A stretch of 64,000 nucleotides of DNA from Planctomycetota bacterium (GTDB taxonomy: Bacteria; Planctomycetota; Phycisphaerae; Phycisphaerales; SM1A02), in NCBI GenBank assembly GCA_022568135.1, contig JADFFQ010000009.1:4741-68740 (forward strand). Reading direction: 5' to 3'. Below, in pieces: positions 61,056 through 64,000 of this stretch. Both the position numbers and the translations under genes were made by a program. Under the pieces are notes generated by a model, which saw nothing but the letters and a program-made list of their open reading frames with translations, was not told where the DNA came from and did no database searches. Positions within the stretch are counted from its first letter, which is position 1. Each line of letters starts with the position of its first letter.

Positions 61056-61787
61056 ATGGATTTGAGCGCAGTACCTCTGAGTCCCAACGGGCAACCATCG
61101 GTCGCAGAGCTGCGAGCGGTCCACCGGACCTATTTCAAGCCGGATGGCTCGGTGCTGGTGGATGCCCTGGGCGGCATCGACCTTCGCATTGAAGTCGGCG
61201 AGTACATCGCGGTGATGGGAGCCTCGGGATCGGGCAAGAGCACGTTGATGAACATCCTGGGGTGCCTGGACCGGCCGACCGCAGGTTCCTACCGGCTCGA
61301 CGGGGGCGACGTGTCGAGCATGAGCGACGATGAGTTGAGCCGCATCCGCCGCGAGAAGATCGGCTTCGTGTTCCAGGCGTACAACCTCATCAGCGAGCTG
61401 AACGCGCTGGAGAACGTCGAGGTTCCGCTGTTCTATCAGGGGGTGTCCCGGGCCGTGCGCCGCCGCCGCGGTGTGGCGAAACTGGAGCAGGTTGGGTTGG
61501 GCGATCGGCTGAGCCACCGGCCGAGCGAGTTATCCGGCGGCGAGCAGCAGCGCGTCGCCATCGCCCGGGCGCTGGTGAACAATCCCGCTGTCATCATGGC
61601 CGATGAGCCCACCGGGAACCTCGATTCGAAAACCGGCCAAACGATTCTTGACCTCCTGTCGAATCTGCACTCCCAAGGGATGACCATCATCGTGGTCACC
61701 CACGACGAGCGGATTGCCGGGCACTGCCAGCGCATCGTCCTGCTTCGCGACGGCCGAATCGAAAGCGACACGGTAAAGAGGCAGTGA
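61056..61787 (+). CDS. ABC transporter ATP-binding protein (MacB/LolD-like).
   Basis: Walker [11 protein letters not shown], signature [14 protein letters not shown], Walker [13 protein letters not shown]. Confidence 0.85.
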   Translation: MDLSAVPLSPNGQPSVAELRAVHRTYFKPDGSVLVDALGGIDLRIEVGEYIAVMGASGSGKSTLMNILGCLDRPTAGSYRLDGGDVSSMSDDELSRIRREKIGFVFQAYNLISELNALENVEVPLFYQGVSRAVRRRRGVAKLEQVGLGDRLSHRPSELSGGEQQRVAIARALVNNPAVIMADEPTGNLDSKTGQTILDLLSNLHSQGMTIIVVTHDERIAGHCQRIVLLRDGRIESDTVKRQ

Positions 61788-61936
61788 GGCACGAAGGCAC
61801 AGATGAGGCCAGTCCTTGGGCCGGCTTTGCCCCCTCCCGCTGTCTGCACCTGAATTTTACAGCCGCGGATGCATATCCGCGGGCGACCGTATGAGCCGGC
61901 AGCCCACAGGCCTTCCCTACGGTTATGCTTGTGTGA

Positions 61937-62467
61937 ATGCGGGTCCTGGGGATTGATCCCGGCTTGAGCCTCACCGGCTACGGGTGCGTCGAATTGAGGC
62001 CCAACGTACAGGAACCCGCGCTGGTCGAGGCGGGCGTTCTGCGACTCAAGGCCAAGGCGCCGATGGCGTTTCGGCTAGGCCAGCTCTATGACGATCTCAC
62101 AGCGCTGCTCGATGAGCTTCGACCGAACATTATGGTGGTCGAGCAATTGTTTTCACACTATCGCCACGTTCGGACGGCCATCCTGATGGGCCATGCTCGC
62201 GGGGTGGTGTTGCTGGCCGGTGAGTCGCGGGGCGTCACGATTGATGAGTTGCTCCCGACCGAGGTGAAGAAGGCGATCACGGGTAACGGCCACGCGACCA
62301 AGGCCCAGATTCAGCAGGCGATCATGAGCCAGTGCCGATTGGCCGAGCTGCCCAGCCCCCCGGACGTGGCCGACGCCATCGCCATCGCCCTGTGCGCCGC
62401 CCGGCGGATTGCCACCGGTCCGCTTGTTGTGCCCGCTCGCCCTGACCAGCCGGAGGTCGAGAGCTGA
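61937..62467 (+). CDS. ruvC: Crossover junction endodeoxyribonuclease RuvC.
   Basis: [16 protein letters not shown]...MVVEQLF...[13 protein letters not shown]. Confidence 0.9.
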   Translation: MRVLGIDPGLSLTGYGCVELRPNVQEPALVEAGVLRLKAKAPMAFRLGQLYDDLTALLDELRPNIMVVEQLFSHYRHVRTAILMGHARGVVLLAGESRGVTIDELLPTEVKKAITGNGHATKAQIQQAIMSQCRLAELPSPPDVADAIAIALCAARRIATGPLVVPARPDQPEVES

Positions 62468-62559
62468 CTGCGTGTCGCGGAATTCGTCGGCGTTGAGCCG
62501 GAAACCTCTTCCCGGTCACGATACCCTGATGGACGCCTTAGCAGGGAGGGCCGACCAAT

Positions 62560-64000
62560 ATGGCTATCGCAGCGACTGCCGAAGCAAAGCCCGCAGCGCG
62601 ATCAGCCGTCGAGCGCACCATGCGCCTGGGCGATGGAACCGCGCTGTTCTATCGCTTCTGGCCGGCTCTGAAGCCGAGCAACAAGGCCCTTGTGCTCTTT
62701 CATCGCGGGCATGAGCATTCCGGGCGATTCCAGAGTGTGGTGGAGGCTCTGGGGCTTGAGGACGTCAACGTTTTCGCCTGGGACGCGCGCGGGCACGGCC
62801 GGTCGCCCGGCGAGCGCGGCTACGCGGACAGCTTCGCCGTGCTCGTCAAAGACGTTGACTGCTTCGTCAGATTCATTCTGCGCGAGCACGACGTCCCCGT
62901 CGAAAACATGATCGTTCTCGGCTACAGCGTGGCCGGCGTCCTGGTGAGCGCATGGGTACACGACTACGCGCCGCCCGTGCGAGCCATGGTGCTGGTCACC
63001 CCCGCCTTCCGGGTCAAGCTCTATATTCCCTTGGCAATTCCGATTCTGCGGCTGTGGCGCATCCTTCGCGGCAAGGCATTCGTGAAAAGCTACGTCAAGC
63101 CGCGGATGCTGACCCATGATCCGGCGATGGCGGAAGCCTATGCCCGCGACGAGCTGATTTCACGCAACATCGCGGTGAACATCCTGCTCGACATGCACGA
63201 TGCCTCCACTCGCCTGCTCGCCGCCGCCGCTGCGATTCGCATCCCGACGCTTCTGCTGGCTGCGGGCTCGGACCTGGTCGTCAAGCTCTCGTGGGAGCGG
63301 CGCTTCTTTGATCGCCTGGCGTCTGAGGTGAAGCAGATGGAGACGTATGAAGGCTTCTACCATGCAATCCTGCATGAGCGCGAGCGGCACCGACCGATTG
63401 CCCGCATCCGCAAGTTCGTAGGTGAGGCATTCGATGGGCAGCTTGATTCGCCGTCGAGGTGGACCGTCGAGCCGAGCCAGCACGCAGGGAATGTGTTTGA
63501 TCGGCTGTCCCGGCCACTGCCTCTGTTCTCGCCGCAGCGGCTGTACTACGCGGGAGCAAAGATTTTTCTCAAGACGCTCGGCCGGCTCAGCACCGGCATC
63601 CGGATGGGGTGGCGCAGCGGCTTCGATTCCGGCGAGTCGCTCGATTATGTCTACCGCAACCGCCCAGCGGGTATCACGCCGCTCGGCGGACTGATCGATC
63701 GCATATACCTCAACGGTCCCGGGTGGACGGCCATCCGCCAAAGGGAGATCAATCTTAAAGCCCTGCTGGACCGCGCGATCGAGAGCGTATCCGCAACCGA
63801 GAGGCCGGTCCGAGTCGTGGACATCGCATCGGGGCCCGGTCGGTATCTGCTGGAGACGCTTAGGAAGTGGTCAAACCTGGACATCTCCGCGCATCTGCGC
63901 GATCGCGACCCCGGCGGGCTGGAGGCCGCCCGGAGGCTGGCTGCGGAGTTGACGCTGACGAACGTGACGATCAACCAGGGCGACGCCTTCGACGAGCAGG
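62560..64000 (+). CDS. Alpha/beta-hydrolase (lysophospholipase-like) fused to a class I SAM methyltransferase domain; 3' end is truncated by the window edge.
   Basis: The open frame from the ATG at 62560 to nt 64000 has no stop (checked codon by codon). It is absent from the ORF track, presumably because it is incomplete. Motifs: LFHRGHEHSGRF...WDARGHGRS, GYSVAG (GxSxG), then VRVVDIASGPGRYLLETL (MT motif I). Confidence 0.6.
   Translation, partial: MAIAATAEAKPAARSAVERTMRLGDGTALFYRFWPALKPSNKALVLFHRGHEHSGRFQSVVEALGLEDVNVFAWDARGHGRSPGERGYADSFAVLVKDVDCFVRFILREHDVPVENMIVLGYSVAGVLVSAWVHDYAPPVRAMVLVTPAFRVKLYIPLAIPILRLWRILRGKAFVKSYVKPRMLTHDPAMAEAYARDELISRNIAVNILLDMHDASTRLLAAAAAIRIPTLLLAAGSDLVVKLSWERRFFDRLASEVKQMETYEGFYHAILHERERHRPIARIRKFVGEAFDGQLDSPSRWTVEPSQHAGNVFDRLSRPLPLFSPQRLYYAGAKIFLKTLGRLSTGIRMGWRSGFDSGESLDYVYRNRPAGITPLGGLIDRIYLNGPGWTAIRQREINLKALLDRAIESVSATERPVRVVDIASGPGRYLLETLRKWSNLDISAHLRDRDPGGLEAARRLAAELTLTNVTINQGDAFDEQ

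Overview
This 64 kb high-GC (roughly 65%) bacterial chromosomal window holds about 55 supportable genes on both strands. The family content (five secreted proteins with dockerin-type C-terminal tails ending GPCP/GACP, a DUF1573 lipoprotein, PilT and GspE-like ATPases) suggests a Planctomycetota/PVC-type organism, but that is inference only.

Housekeeping genes include guaB, accB-accC with an upstream M24 aminopeptidase, aroA, a lone groES, glnS-gltX, a pssA-like gene, trpE, ruvC, two MsbA-like ABC exporters, an ABC-2 exporter, a flotillin gene and a TamB/AsmA-like giant protein. A tyrosine-catabolic set is present: hppD, hmgA and fahA.

Accessory and unusual content:
- The 3' end of hppD is present in three tandem copies that bracket small cargo cassettes (a PIN protein and an orphan HicB). 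Two methyltransferase genes follow, so hppD is split from hmgA. This looks like the footprint of serial site-specific integration at a gene 3' end.
- Two more short gene-3'-end duplications occur, at guaB and at trpE.
- A tRNA-Val lies next to a frame-disrupted tyrosine-integrase remnant, which looks like a decayed island.
- A pilT-like ATPase forms an apparent operon with a membrane-anchored GspE/PilB-like protein whose Walker A is degenerate, and with a CvpA-like membrane protein.
- Two secreted proteins built from a proprotein-convertase P-domain plus a dockerin tail are tandemly duplicated together with a 320 bp leader that is also nearly identical between the copies.
- A 24-bp REP-like intergenic repeat family is present.
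- A DUF4430 protein is paired with an S-component-like membrane protein.
- Two tandem paralogous membrane proteins carry an N-terminal zinc ribbon.
- An alpha/beta-hydrolase fused to a methyltransferase runs off the right edge of the window.

No CRISPR array, rRNA or intact transposase was seen. Many long antisense ORFs in the track are typical high-GC artefacts and were rejected.
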